The position numbers and the translations under genes are program-made. From contig CAVNZM010000001.1 in the NCBI GenBank assembly GCA_963693365.1, positions 7,022,907 to 7,086,906 of the forward strand: a stretch of DNA of 64,000 nt, written 5' to 3'. The DNA comes from Amoebidium appalachense. Taxonomy: Eukaryota > Protista > Ichthyosporea. Every line of letters begins with the position of its first letter. Positions within the stretch are counted from its first letter, which is position 1. Positions 45,333-60,002 of this stretch are shown here, piece after piece. The notes beneath the pieces are model-generated. The model ran no database searches. It worked only from the letters and a program-made list of their open reading frames with translations, and had not been told where the DNA came from.

Positions 45333-46420
45333 GCTCCCCCCCCCCCCCTCCACCCACAACCTCATTCCCCGAAAACACATCCCCCCCCCCCCCCCCCCTG
45401 TCTCTCTCATTTTCCCTCTCATCCCCCCCCCCCCCCCCCCCCCCTCTTTTTTTTTTTTGTGTGTGCAGGGATGGGGGGGGGGCTCACTCATGGAACTGCT
45501 CGTCCTGCTCGTCCTCCTCCGCCTTGTCGCTATTGCCCGGCACCCACAGCCCAGACTTGGTACATCTGTCCAGAAGCAAATCTTTCTTAGTGTTTTGGAT
45601 TACCCTCCCCTCCCCCCCCTCCCCTCCCCCTCCCCCCCCTCCCCCCCCCCTCCCCCCCCCCCCCCCCCCCCCCCCCTCTTCTCTTGCCTGTTACGTGTGC
45701 ACATGCATGCGTGTGTGATGATGTCTGCCCTTGCTTTCACCTCTCAGCCTCATATCTAGCTACATGCCTGGGAAAAAGACCGCAGGAAATGGAACTGGGT
45801 GCGCGCATCTCCCCCCCTCCCCCCCCCCCCCCAACCACCACCACACGCACACACACCGCCACTTGCTCTCTCTCCCCATACGTCTCCCTCTAAGGAGCTC
45901 CTGCCCCCCCCCCCCCCCAAATAAAAACACACACACACACACACCAAACAAAAGCCCGTTGTGTGTGAAAGAAATGGAGAGTACGCCCACGTGTGTGTAC
46001 ACTTATATGCCAACTGGGTCCTACATTTTGATAAGTGCTTGGGCTAACTAGAGCAGAGGCCAGACAGAAACATCCACATCCAAAGCCTGACATATGTCCT
46101 TATCAATGGGTGTTGCAATAAAACTTAAGTATCTATCTCTACCTGTATAGCACAACTTTCATTACTAAAAAGTGCACATACGCTTAAAAAAACACATGCA
46201 AGATTTCTTGTGTTTAGTTTCGAAAAACATGAAGAAATCTAACCTTTACTTACAACGATTTGTGTTCTGTAAATCTAGCACCGACATTCTACACACAATT
46301 TATGCACGGGCACCCACCTGTCGATGTGGTATTTTGCCTCCTCCAATGGCATTTCTGCAATGGCCGCTTGCAGTGCCCCGATGTCACGTGACTGTCAGGA
46401 AACAGACCAATGAGCTCTCT

Positions 46421-46453
<33 letters not shown>

Positions 46454-46489
46454 CTTCCCCCCCCCCCTCCCCCTCTCAAGGACGAAAGG

Positions 46490-46524
<35 letters not shown>

Positions 46525-46608
46525 GGAAAAAAAAGCACACCTATGCTTTTGATCGGTTTAACACCCCTGCTCCTCCGACTTTACCGACTATTCTTACAAC
46601 CATGCCTA

Positions 46609-46665
<57 letters not shown>

Positions 46666-46738
46666 TTTGGACCTCCACCCACCCACCCAGCTTCCGGCTC
46701 TCCCCCAAACAAGCTCATACATGATTGCGGCAATGCGT

Positions 46739-46800
<62 letters not shown>

Positions 46801-46922
46801 CAGGTGTCGACAGCACGTACCTCGAAGGCATCTCGGAGAGACTGAGGCAGACTTTCCATGACCTCCTGGGGGTCAAGACCACCTGGAGAGGCCGCTATGC
46901 GCTTTTGCCTCTCCTCCTCCTC

Positions 46923-46998
<76 letters not shown>

Positions 46999-47574
46999 GT
47001 GGGTCTGGGTGTGGGCGTGTTTGTGTGGGTGTGGGTGTGTAAGTTAATGTGCAAGTTAAATGAGCAAAGCGAGTGATTGAGTGAGCAAGACCGTGGGCGT
47101 TTATTTCTGCATAGGTATGCACCAAGAAAGTGGGCAGTGAGAGAGAGAATAGGACAGGTTGGGTCATCCTAAGGTGCACGTAGGGGACCACAAAGGATTG
47201 TGCCAGCCCCCCCCCCCCCCCCCCCCCCACAAAAAAAAAAAAAAAAAAAAAAAAAACGGGCACAAGATGTATTTACGCCAACAACCCCAACAAAATGTAT
47301 CACCCATACCCATACTATGTACGGCAAACCACATACGGCCAATGTGGCTCACACGTGCACCTACCTCTTTAACGGCCTCTTCGATTCTTTCTTTTGCACG
47401 CTTCTCCACCCGCCCAATCAGAGCATCGACCTCCTCCTTGTAGGCACTCATATATTGCGCCTCCGCCAAACGGAACCTGAGATTAAAAAATGAGGGGGTT
47501 TGATCATTGGTTAGCAGATCATAAGAAATTCGCCAATCAAGTGTCCACAAGATGTAACCAATCTGTTGCTTAGT

Positions 47575-47627
<53 letters not shown>

Positions 47628-47850
47628 AAACAAAACACGAGTAAACATAAAGGACGACAGGAACAAGATTTTCTGGTGTTTACACCGGGGGTAGCAACAC
47701 CGACCAGTGCAAGAAACATGTGCTGGCATTGTCCAAAAGAAAAACAGGAGGGAAATCTTAGGCACGGACACAGGAAAAACCCGGGGAATGAAAAAGATAG
47801 AAGAAAGGGAACCGAGTGGTGGTAATGGTGTGTGTGTGTGTGTGTGTGCG

Positions 47851-47921
<71 letters not shown>

Positions 47922-48391
47922 GGGAGAGGGGGGGGGATAACACACTTGGCAAAGAGGGGGGGAAATGGGGGGGAGGGAAGGGGGGGGTTGAATGCGGAAC
48001 ACGGTACGAAGTACGCATACACGATGAGAAGCATGGTGCAGGACACATGCAAAGGCAAACATTCAAGTATGCAACATCAGCCATGCGCACAGTATGCGTC
48101 ATAAGCAGAGCCCATCCTCAGGGAGGGCCCAAGTCATCAATTGCGTCTGAGTTTCGACCCCTTAGCCCGCGTATATACGACTCTCCGACTCAGACAGCAG
48201 CATCAACTGAACTTGGGAGGGTCAACCCGTCTTGTCAAAGACGAGCAGGGTTGCTTATGCAAGCAAGGTGAGCAAAACGGTGAAGATGTGTGTGCAAACT
48301 AAAGCAGTGCAGCAAAAAATGCGTATGTGCTTACAGATGCACAACACAGAGCAACCATGCCCGGTTGCATGAAGTAAAGCGGCCTGGGAGG

Positions 48392-48427
<36 letters not shown>

Positions 48428-49018
48428 TAGTACATACTTTGCAAAGAATGACTTTACGATTAATGGCTTGGGCTTGCTGACGTTCTTTGCAAACTCTATC
48501 AAATACTGCATGGTATTGTCAGTTTGTTAGTCACAGCAGCCCCCTCCCTCCCCCCTCCCCCCTCCCCCCTTCACCACCACCACCACCACCAACACCACCC
48601 ACCCTGCCACCCTTCTCATTCCCTTTCTCACACCCTCTTTTACATCGGGATGACTTCAGGGGAACAACAGCGAAAAAAGGAAAGGGAGAAAAAAAATTTA
48701 AGAGAGGAAGTAAACAAACCAACACCACAACTAAACTTGGGCCCCTCACCACCACCACCAACTCCATTCTATAACCACCACCTAGAAAAACTTCATCTCT
48801 CAAACAAAAACTATCAACTCCAAAAAGTTCCTGATTTGCTCCCTAATAATAGCTGCAGGCACGGGTACGGGCACAGGCGGATAACCCTCCTTCAACCCCC
48901 CACCCCCCCCCCCCAAAAAAAAAAAAAAAAAAAAAACAAGAAACAAAAAAAAACACACACACACATATAAACATACACAACACCCACCCCGCACACACGC
49001 ATGCATGCCCTCTCCCCC

Positions 49019-49082
<64 letters not shown>

Positions 49083-49577
49083 GACAGAAAGTGATGAAGG
49101 GGGAAGGAGGGAAAAAGAGGAGGTAGGGGTGGGCGTGGGGAGGGGGTGGGGGTGGGGGGGAAGGGGGGGAGGGGGTAGAGAGAGAGAGAGAGAGTGAGAG
49201 AGAGAGAGAGGGGGGGGGGGGGGGTTTGAATGCGTCAAAAAGTACGAAGTACACAAGAACAAACGGATAACACGATGCAGAATGCAAGCCATACATAAAG
49301 GGTATGCATAATAAGCAGAGCCCATCCTCAGGGGGGGCCCACGTCATCCACAGTACCCGAGTTTCGACCTATTCCCCTCGTTAACGAAACCCAACTCAGA
49401 TACTGTTTCACTTGAACATGAGTAGGTCACCCGTCTTGATCAGAGACGAGCAGGGTTGCTTATGCAGGCAAGGGCAGTGGGAAAGGCCGGGGGTTAAAGT
49501 TGCAGCAGTAAGCAGAAGCAAGAAAAATATAGATAGGAACTCAGGAGACGGGGCTTCTAGGAAGCTCCCCCGTCGAT

Positions 49578-49617
<40 letters not shown>

Positions 49618-49690
49618 AAGCGAGAAAGGAAGGGATGGAGAGGGCAAGAGGGACGGAAGGGGGGGAGAGAGAGAGAGAGAGAGAGAGAGT

Positions 49691-49721
<31 letters not shown>

Positions 49722-50265
49722 GGAAGAACACAAACACACACCCCACCACGCCTACACACACACCCACGCACACACACACCCACACACCCACACCCACACC
49801 CACGCACACGCACACCCACACACCTGCATAAGGATGGTCTGGCGTGCAATAGTCTTCATCCTCTCGTGCTTCTCCTCCACCTCACAATCCACCGCCCACA
49901 CCACAAGATAGTTGGCTGTAAACTCACTGAACAGGGCTGGGTGCTGTGAACCAACAAAAATAAAACGTTAAAACTTTAAATCTTCAGGACCTAACCGACG
50001 GCGCAAGGTTGCCCTAATCACTACAGTCCTGAATAATTTGGCATCGGTACGTTTTTTGTGCAATATAGTGCTAGTGTGGCTATTCTTGACTCACATCATA
50101 TAATGGTCTGCATTGCATGACTTGCATGCCCTCATGTTGTAGCATTATTCGTTTTTGGCTTCTAACCAAAAATCGACAAGGATTCTACTGTGTCAGATTG
50201 CGAGTGCCGGTGTTGCCGGTGTGAGTGCAGTATTGTGCGTATAATTGTGTGTATGAATGAGTACA

Positions 50266-50296
<31 letters not shown>

Positions 50297-50544
50297 TTAT
50301 TTGACTGTGTCTGTGTGTGTGTTTCTCTGCCTCTGTCTCTCTCTCTGTCTCTCTTACCCCCCCCCCCTCTTCCCCCCGCCCTTCTCGCTCTGTGTATCCG
50401 TGCGGGCGCGCGCACATGTGCATGGCAAAAAGATCCCCACCTCCATAAGGAAATTCTCGCTCTCGTCCGTAGTCTTAAGCAGACCAAACTTCCGAATATC
50501 GTCCTTGTGTTCTTTGAAGAATTTGGCCTGGTGTTGTGTTGTGT

Positions 50545-50577
<33 letters not shown>

Positions 50578-50765
50578 TCGAGCGCACGCGTGAGCGTCCG
50601 CGAGAAAAGCGGGTGTATGTAGGGACAGGGAAAAGGGGGTATCTGTGTGTGTGCATGTGTGTATGTGGTGGGAGAGGTGGAAGGGTTTTATGTGTGTACG
50701 CTCGTGTGTGTGTGTGCGTGTGTGTGCATGGTGTGTTTGTTTGTGTGTGTGTGCGTGCGTGCGGG

Positions 50766-50839
<74 letters not shown>

Positions 50840-51223
50840 GTGTGTTATGTGTGCTTGCATGCGTGTGATGAGTGTGTGTGTGGGTGTGTGTGTGGTTGTG
50901 TGGATGTCAGTGGTGGAGGGCTAATCAGGGCATAACACACAGTGCTTATATATAAGTTGTCTAAAGACACAACAGCCAAGGCAACACATTACATGGCCTG
51001 ACACGCAGCAAGGAATGCTCGCTGTGGTGTGCAGCCTGATGCTTATCAACAAAAAACGAGCAGAGGTTAGTCATGATATAAAATTAAAGAGATGTACGAT
51101 TACGATATGTAACGGTTGTACGGTTCACCCGTAAACACGAAAGCAACCAAATGAACGGAAATCAGTGTGACCCGGGGGAAGGAAGCGGGGAGAAGGGGAA
51201 GGGGGGGGGGGGGGGGAGGGGGG

Positions 51224-51257
<34 letters not shown>

Positions 51258-51775
51258 TGGGGAAGAGGGAGGGAGCAGGGAAGGGAGGAAGGGAGGCAGA
51301 AGGGAAGGGAGGGAGGGAGGGAGCAGGGGAGGGAGGGAGGAAGGGAGGGAGGGAGGGAGGGAGGGAGGGAGGGAGGGAGGGAGGGAGGGAGGGAGGGAGG
51401 GAGGGAGGGGAAAAGCGGGGGGAGGGATGGAGGGAGAGAGGGGGCAAGGACCCCGCAAGAGATTAAAGGATGTGTGGAGGAAGGGCAGGGAGGAAGGGAC
51501 GGAGGGAAGGGGGGGGGGGAAGCGAGGGAGGGATGGTGGCAGGGAGGGAGGAATAAGGGCGAAGGGAAGGAGAGACAGATAGAGGGAGGAGAGAACATCT
51601 GCACGAGGATTTTTCAGTGTCCCCACCTGCTCCTTGCCAATCTCCTCCTCAGACTTGGGCTGGTCGGTCTTCTTCTCGATGATGGTCTTGCTCCATGCAT
51701 CGTGGCACATGTTGGATGAGTTCCACTTGGGGTACAGTTTCTCCTGTGGGTATGTGTGTGTGTGTGTGTGGAAGG

Positions 51776-51836
<61 letters not shown>

Positions 51837-51922
51837 GGGGAGGGGGGGGGGGGGGGGGGGGGGGGGAGATGGGGGGAGAGAAGAGAGAGAGCGCGCGAGA
51901 AAGACGGAGAGACGGAGAGAAG

Positions 51923-51999
<77 letters not shown>

Positions 52000-53087
52000 G
52001 GGGGGGGGAGAGGGAGGGGGAGGGAGGGAGGGAGGGAGGGAGGGAGAAAGAGGTTCAATAGACATGCTTGGTGAGGATCCTTTTTCTTTAAAGAAACCCA
52101 CAATAAAACATAGCTCAGAATTTTGCTCCATATCTGGTAACCACGATTCGCAAACTAACCCAGGTATAAAAGGGTTCTGATTCCAATCTCGAATGAGGCC
52201 TACCCCTGCCAAACACCCACACTCATGCACAGACCACCACCACCACTACCATACACGCGCGCACTCCCACTCCCCCCCACCTCTTCCGTCTGCTCCTCCA
52301 AAACCATGCCTCCGCTCCCACTCCCTCCCTCCTCGACCCCCCCCCCCCCCCCCCCCCTCCCCCCGCCCCTCCCCGCACACCCACCCACCCCTCGTCCGGA
52401 AAAACGAATAAATCCCCACAACCCTCTACACACCCAACCCGAACTATCCGCCCCTCCCCGCCCCTCCAACACACACATACGCCCCTACTCCCCTTCCCCC
52501 CCCTCCCCCCCCCCACACACCCCTCGCCACAAAAAATGAACCAATCCCCCCCCCCCCCTCCCCCCACACACACATCCAACTATCCCCCCCAACCCAACAC
52601 ACGAGCGCGCGCCCACACTCTTTCCCCCCTCCCCCCTCCCCCCACTTTCCCTCACCTCCCCTCCCACGCCCACACACACACCCACCCACCCACCCACCCG
52701 CCCATCCCCCCACCCACCAACACACCATACGCTATATCTCAGCCTCCTTTCTTGCATACTCCTTCCCCCCCCCCCCCCCCCTTAAAACCCAACCATCCCC
52801 TCCCCCCTCCCTCCCTACTCCCCCCCACCCCCCCTCTCTCCCCCCTCCCCACACACACACGTACCATGCGCTCTATCTCGGCCTCCTTCTTTGCATACTC
52901 CTCCTCCTGCCTCTTGAGCTCATCCAGTTGCTTCTGTGCCTCATCGCTGGGGGCCTGCTGCACCTCGATCAGCTTGGACTTGATCTTGGCATGCTCCTCC
53001 TTGACACGTTGCTTCTCCTGTGGGTGGAAGGGGTTTGATGGTTTGTCGGTGTTATGATGGTGGTCTCCTGAACCAACGATTTGCATT

Positions 53088-53150
<63 letters not shown>

Positions 53151-53299
53151 ACACCAAACATGCACACACACACACACACATACATATACAAAGACAACAC
53201 CACACATATGTGCACAGACACGTACACGTCCTCCCCCTCCCCCCCCCCCCCCCCCAAAAAAAAAACAAAAACAAAAAAAAAAACACACACACACACACA

Positions 53300-53369
<70 letters not shown>

Positions 53370-54192
53370 AGCCACACTTTCTCCTTCATAGCCTTCACAG
53401 CATCAGTTCTTTCTAAACCAACAACAGAAACAGGTTCAAACACTACGCTAGTAAGAAAGGGACCAAATGGAAGCAGGATCATACTTCAGCACAACCACAG
53501 TAACATCCCCTCCCCCTCCCCCCGCCCCTCACACACACACACACACACCACCACTCCCCATGAAATAAGGAGAAAAAAACAAACATCGGGAAAGAAAAAA
53601 GATCCAGGAGCAAGGTAAAAACGAGTCAAAAAAAGAAAGCGAGTTGATACCACTCTGAGGAAACATGCCCCGAAGCTGCTACACAAGTTGTACAGACAGA
53701 AGAGGGTGTGCACACGTGTCGTGCTGGAGGAAGAGGCGGAGAGAGGGAGAGAGGGGGGAAGGGGGGGGGGGGGGGTTGTGATAATGGCGGTGTTTGAGTA
53801 TTGTGTGTGTGTGTGTGTGGGTGAGTGGGTGTGTGGGTGAGTGGGTGGGTGGGTGGGTGGGTGGGTGTGTATGTAGTGGTGGTGGTGCACCGGTGGTGGT
53901 GGTGGTGGTTGGCTGGTTGGTTGGTGGTGGTGGGGGAAGAGGGGGGGCCGTACATACGTGGAAGAATGGAGTAAGAGCGAGAAAGGGTGTAGAAGCACCT
54001 AGGTACCATGTTAACACAAAAACCTAACACGGATGGGATGTGACCGGGCTGGGGGGCTGGGGAGGGGGGAGGGGGAGAGGGGGGGGGAGGAGGGGGGGGG
54101 GGGGGGGGGGGCTCGCCATGCAGCACACAGTACAAGAACACGAGTAGTCTGCAGGGGTTAAGGAGAGAGAAGGGCCAGGGGTCGGGGGGGGG

Positions 54193-54233
<41 letters not shown>

Positions 54234-55162
54234 AGGATGCGGATATGGTAAAGCTGAGAGAACGCGAAAAGGAATATAACGGACAAAGAAGACCCGAGGG
54301 CAGGCCAGATAAACGAAACAGATGGTAGGACAGACAGGTAGGCATACAAGGGTGGTTGGTAGTGGCTGGCTGCACAGAGTGTGCGTGTGTGTGTGTGTGT
54401 CGGGGGGAGGGGGAGGGGGGGAGGGGGGAGGGGGACTGGCCGGGAATAATGGCAGAACTGAGTAGGAATAATGAGACGGCGGTGCGAAAAGGACAGGGGG
54501 GAGCAGAGGGGGGGAGGGGGGGGGGGAGCAGAGGGGGGGAGGGGGGGGGGGGGGGGGAGGCCGGGGGGGGGGGGGGTGTCACAAACAGCAGGGGCAAAAT
54601 GAGGAAGGGAAACAGAGCAAGGGACACGCTTTGGTAATCACAGGAGTAGCACGGGAGATGTAAGGGATTAAACACCCTGCTTAGGTCAAACCACAGAGGA
54701 AGAGACAGGAGAAGAGAGTGTGCCATGGGCAGAGGGGCACTGGTTAATCATGAGAAAGCAGAACGAGTGGGGGGAGAGGGGTGGAGAGAAAGTATACGAT
54801 ATAAAGGTGGTAAGGGGGGCGGAGGAGAGAGGGAGAGGCGGCGGCGGCGGCGGCGGGGGGGGGGGGGGGGGGGGGGGGGCAATCGGCACATGTTCAAACC
54901 CCCCCCCTCTGCCGCTATAAAGACAAACTCCTCTTTTTTTTTCATAGAACAAAACCAACATGCCTATAGCATAGCATACACACATAAACCGCACCATAAA
55001 CTACTTGTTCACACGTACCTCGGCCGCCTTCCTGTCTCTCTCCTCACGTGCCTGCTTCTTCCACCTCCACAAAGACTCCTTGTCAATGTTTGGGTGAACG
55101 TCGTCTTCATCATCTGAAATCTCGATGGTGTTCCACTTACTATAGTCTAACGGCTTAGCCAT
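44464..55162 (-). CDS. CDC37: Hsp90 co-chaperone Cdc37
   Basis: Exons 55019-55162, 52865-53017, 51627-51743, 50441-50527, 49824-49943, 48438-48505, 47365-47476, 46821-46925, 46318-46391, 45488-45565, plus a candidate last coding exon 44464-44476 (otherwise the stop is at 45484). Motifs [57 protein letters not shown]. All phases are compatible. Confidence 0.96.
47988..48313 (-). repeat. Structured dispersed element, subfamily 2, copy C (Cdc37 intron 6)
   Basis: Near-identical reverse complement of 59027-59354. Confidence 0.9.
49225..49473 (-). repeat. Structured dispersed element, subfamily 1, copy B (Cdc37 intron 5)
   Basis: Shares GCATAAGCAACCCTGCTCGTC, GTCGAAACTC, CCCTGAGGATGGGCTCTGCTTAT, GTACTTCGTAC and terminal GCATTCAA with copies C and D. 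Confidence 0.88.
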
Positions 55163-55648
55163 TTTTTCTCTTCTCACCTCTTTTTCAACACACACAAAAA
55201 AATGATCGAAATGTTTTTTTCTCACAGGTTGAGACCGAGAACCAAGCCAACTTTTCTGGAATGAAGCCCCAGGGATGCGGGTGACAACATTTTCAAGTGG
55301 CTTCAGGATTCCATAACACGCTCTAATTAGGCATGATATGAACCATTCTAGCGTTTGTTTGTTTTTAAAATGGATTTAGCAAATGGCATTTTACTATTAA
55401 CTATTGATAGACATTATATGTTCACTGTCATCACCGTGTCACAGTTGGACTTTGCTTCCGCTTGAGGCAAGGTCTGGTTGAAAGAAAAGTTTTTAAGTTT
55501 GCACCGCGATTTCCGGGAATTGTGAGCGCCATGACGTCCCCTGGCGCCACTATGTCCAGGTTAAAGCACACAGTTGCCAGTATGAGCCACATGCAACTAA
55601 ACACAACCGCGGTCTACCAGCTCAAGCGGCCGACGTGTATGCGTGTGT

Positions 55649-55731
<83 letters not shown>

Positions 55732-55920
55732 TTGTATGTCCCTCTGTGTGTGTGCGTTTTGTATGTACATCTGTACACGCGTGTGTGCGTGTACGTGTTC
55801 ATGTGTGCGTTCACGTGCGTCTGTGTGTGTGTTTCTTGATGTGCGTGTGCGTGCGTGCGTACGTGCGTGCGGGCGTGCGTGCGGGCGTGCGTGCGTGCGT
55901 GCGTGCGTACGTGCGTGCGG

Positions 55921-55955
<35 letters not shown>

Positions 55956-56642
55956 TACGTGCGTGCGTGCGTGCGTGTTTGTTTGCGTGTATGTTTGTGT
56001 GTGTTGTTGCGTGCCTGCACTCGGAGCTATGGCCTGTTCTTGTGAACGGTCTTAACGGTTTTGCAAAAAGATAATACAGATGCTGTACTATCATTATAAC
56101 ACCCGCCCCCCAACACCACCTCTCCGACTGGGCCTTCCCATCCTCACATATAAAGAATAACACGGAGCGCCGGTGACAAAAGCGCGCGGACAGGCCACGC
56201 AAGCTCATACCCGCACCCTCATACACGCACAAGTACATACACCTATTTGTGAGGGGCACACACACACGTGTGCATGCATACACAAACTGTAAAAGCGCCA
56301 ATTGTGCACATACGACAGCACCTGCGCACACAGTTGCAAGCACACAGGCATGTACATGTACAAGTGAATTTCAATCTCCGGTAACAGCAGAAATCGGTAC
56401 ACCGTACAAACAAAACACCAAATAATTTTAAGCACAGCACGTACACATGTACACGCTTTGCCACCGGCACCAGGCCCGTGAAACACTGATCACACTGCAA
56501 CGGCTCCTCTGAGCCGACCACAAACCCGGACACTGCCAGCATGCCACGCACAAGCACGGCTTTCAGCTTGTAATCCCACAGCGCACACACAAGCACGTAC
56601 TGACACCTTGCAGGGCCCTCCTCCTCCCCCCTCCCATATGGC

Positions 56643-56689
<47 letters not shown>

Positions 56690-57428
56690 GACCACTCAGT
56701 ACCCTCTGTGTTCAGAGGGCCGTGCCTGGGACCACGGACTGCCCTCGATCGTGTCATTGTCAGGCCATGCTTCCCTCGATTATATCTTATCAAGCCTTTC
56801 TCTATTGAGCTGAACACAAGTTTTCTCCGTTTTTTATTTTCCTCGCGCAAATCCAAAATCGAGGTTGAGGTTCTGGCGCGGGCAGAGTCGTGAGGCAGTA
56901 CGTGAAAGCTTGGAGAACAGAACAAGAGAGACTAAATTGGAGAATTGGCCTTCCAAGATGACTTGCTACACATACGTTTAGACAGGGTAGAACCATATTG
57001 AACGCACTTGCCACTCTCCATATAACTATCGTGCATGAGGAAACAGTTCCATGTGAACGGAGGTTTTGGCTTACGAGCTGGAAAGCACGTACATATATGG
57101 GTTAAACCTTTGGATCTCGAACACATGTTTGGTGGTAAGACAAAGACAGAGGAGGGAAATAGCAGGACTCGCCGTGTGTGAAAGTGAGAACTGCACAAAA
57201 AGCTTCTCGACGCTTTGTTTCTTGGGCTGCTGTTGTTTTCGAAAAACACACACAACACACACACACACACAAACACTCAACAATACATTCGTTGCAGCTG
57301 TAGGCCGGAGGGCTCTTCCTACGTAGATATGAAAAGGGAAACGAAGGGAAAGGGAAGATTAACTAGTGTTCGCCATCGTTTACCTGCAACGCACACGATG
57401 TTTGGTCAACCTGTTAAGCACAGAGGAA

Positions 57429-59366
57429 ATGAATAAGGTCAAGGCGGGTGTAAAGGGAAGTTTACCCGTTGTGAAGAAGAAAAGTTTAATCCCCGTTGCA
57501 AGCTCAAGCAACCAGCAAAATGACTCCAGTCCGGTGCCCCAAACGACTCATAGGGAGTTTGTTGGGTTGTATGATTTCAAAAGGACACTTGGGACTGGCA
57601 CGTATGGAACGGTGAAGCTGGCGGAACATGCACTTACCAAAGAGCAGGTCTGTGTGTGTGTGTGTGTCTGGTGGGGTGCAGCGGGGGTTTCTGGTTTATT
57701 TTTCTGCGTTATAGTTATTCTTGCTTTGCTTATTGTTTTGTGGTGGGGAAAGAGTGACAGGGGAAAGGGGAGGGGAGGGCCGGGGAGGGAGGGGAAAGAT
57801 GGGGAGGTAGGGGAAGGGGGGAGGGGCCGTGCCGCAAACAGGGATCCCTGAAGGTGGAGATCTGAGGGCAGCCTAGTTGGGAAGTGGGAAAGGCAGGACT
57901 GTGTCTGATGATTGTGTTGTGTACTTGTGTGTACTGTGTGGCATTTGTTTCTGTATGTAAAGGGGCGTCTGTGTGTGTGTGTGTGTTTGTGTGTGCGTGC
58001 GTGTATGCACGGGCGTGCGTTTGCACGGAACGAGGTGGTAGTGCCCCTGCTGCAAACCCACAGTTGCATATACTGCTCCTGACTTTGCTCATAGCCTTGC
58101 AGTCATGCGGCATGACCGAAGAACACCACCACCCGCCCTCCTTCTTTTCATTTTCCCGGCCAACCTCCCCTTCCCCCTCCCTGCCCCCCTTCCCCCCCCC
58201 CCCCCCCCCCCCCCAACCACCCTCTGCACTCTTTCCAACCTCCTCGCCCCCCCTGTATCCCCCCCCCCCCCCCCCCTTCTCCCCGGCGTCACAGGTGTCC
58301 GCCCTCCCCCCCCCCCCCCCCCCCCCCCCCCCCGGCCGCCCCCACCACCACTACCATCACCTTTCACTCACCCACCCTTCTAGCCTCCCTTGCTCCCTCT
58401 TACAAACTAGAATACATAGGCAGACAGCTGGTTCTCTACCCTTGATCTACCCGCCCTCCCCTCCTCCTCGTTTCGGCACTAACACCCCGTTATTCGCTAC
58501 TTTGTTTGTTTCTTTTTCTTTCCAGGTTGCAGTCAAACTGCTTGACAAGTCCAACCTGGACGAAATGACCAAGCAAAGACTCTATCGCGAGGTTCGGGTG
58601 ATGCAGATGGTCAAGCATCCCAACATCATCTCCTTGTACGAAGTTGCAGAAACACCCACGCAGTTGTTCTTGATCACCGAATACGCGGATGGAGGAGACC
58701 TGCACGATTATATATGCTCACGAGGCAAACTTTCGGAGGATGAGGCGAGAGCGTTTTTCCAACAAATTCTCAGCGCCATTGCACTATGTCACGAGCTTCA
58801 GGTAGTTCACAGAGACTTGAAACCGGAGAACATCCTCATGTGCGGGAAAACGATTGCCAAAATCAGTGATTTTGGTATGAGCACGCAGTTTAGAAAGGGC
58901 TCTATGATGAATACGGTGTGTGGCTCCTTGGTCTATTCGGCCCCGGAGCTGCTTTTGGGTGAGGCGTATGAAGGCCCTGCTGTTGGTATGGAGCTTCCCC
59001 CCCCCCCCCCCTCTCTCCCGTTTGTCGCTGCACTGCATTAGTTTGCACATACATCTTCACCGTTTTGCTCACCTTGCTTGCATAAGCAACCCTGCTCGTC
59101 TTTGATCAAGACGGGTTGACCCACCCAAGTTCAGTTGATGCTGCTGTCTGAGTTGGAGCGTCGTATATACGCGGGCTAAGGGGTCGAAACTCAGACGCAA
59201 TTGATGACTTGGGCCCTCCCTGAGGATGGGCTCTGCTTATGACGCATACTGTGCGCATGGCTGATGCTGCATACTTGAATGTTTGCCTTTGCATGTGTCC
59301 TGCACCATGCTTCTCATCGTGTATGCGTACTTCGTACTGTGTTCCGCATTCAAACCCCCCTCTCTC

Positions 59367-59412
<46 letters not shown>

Positions 59413-59519
59413 CAAAAACATACACACACATAAATGCACACATTACTTCCTGCACTCACAATAACACGGTTAGGAGACGGGGAAGGATGGGGGGGGTAAA
59501 TGGGAAGGGGGGGAGGGGG

Positions 59520-59550
<31 letters not shown>

Positions 59551-59949
59551 GGGCAGGCGGGGGGGGGGGGGGGGGGGGGGGGGGGGTGCATGTTTGGGAA
59601 GCTTGACAGTGTGTGGGAGTGTGGGTGTTGTGTGTGAGTACCGCCCCCTTCCCTGAGAGTGGGGGGAGGGAGGGAGGCTGCGGAGGAACGTGAAGAAGGA
59701 AGAGATTGGGCACTAAGTTGGTGGGTGTGGCAGGCTACATGGTGTGCAAGGTGATGGCATAGGCTGCCGTGTGTTTTACAGATAAGGGGCCTGTCATGAT
59801 GTGCCTGCATAGATGTGATGCCGTAGGGATGGGCTTGGTGGCTGCTGTGTAGATGAAGGTGGAAAGCTGGAGTGAAAATTGAAAGACAAGAGCGAGGAGG
59901 GGGCGAGGGGGGGGGGGGGGGGGGGGGGGGGATGGGTATATACTTCTCT

Positions 59950-60002
<53 letters not shown>

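Noticed and set aside
59140-59235. Hammerhead or HDV-like ribozyme in the structured element (GTCGAAAC, CTGAGGA, GGCTAAGGG)
   Set aside because: CUGANGA and GAAA are not arranged around a stem II as required. The HDV P3/L3 is missing and the GCUAA cytosine is absent in subfamily 1. Left as an unidentified structure.
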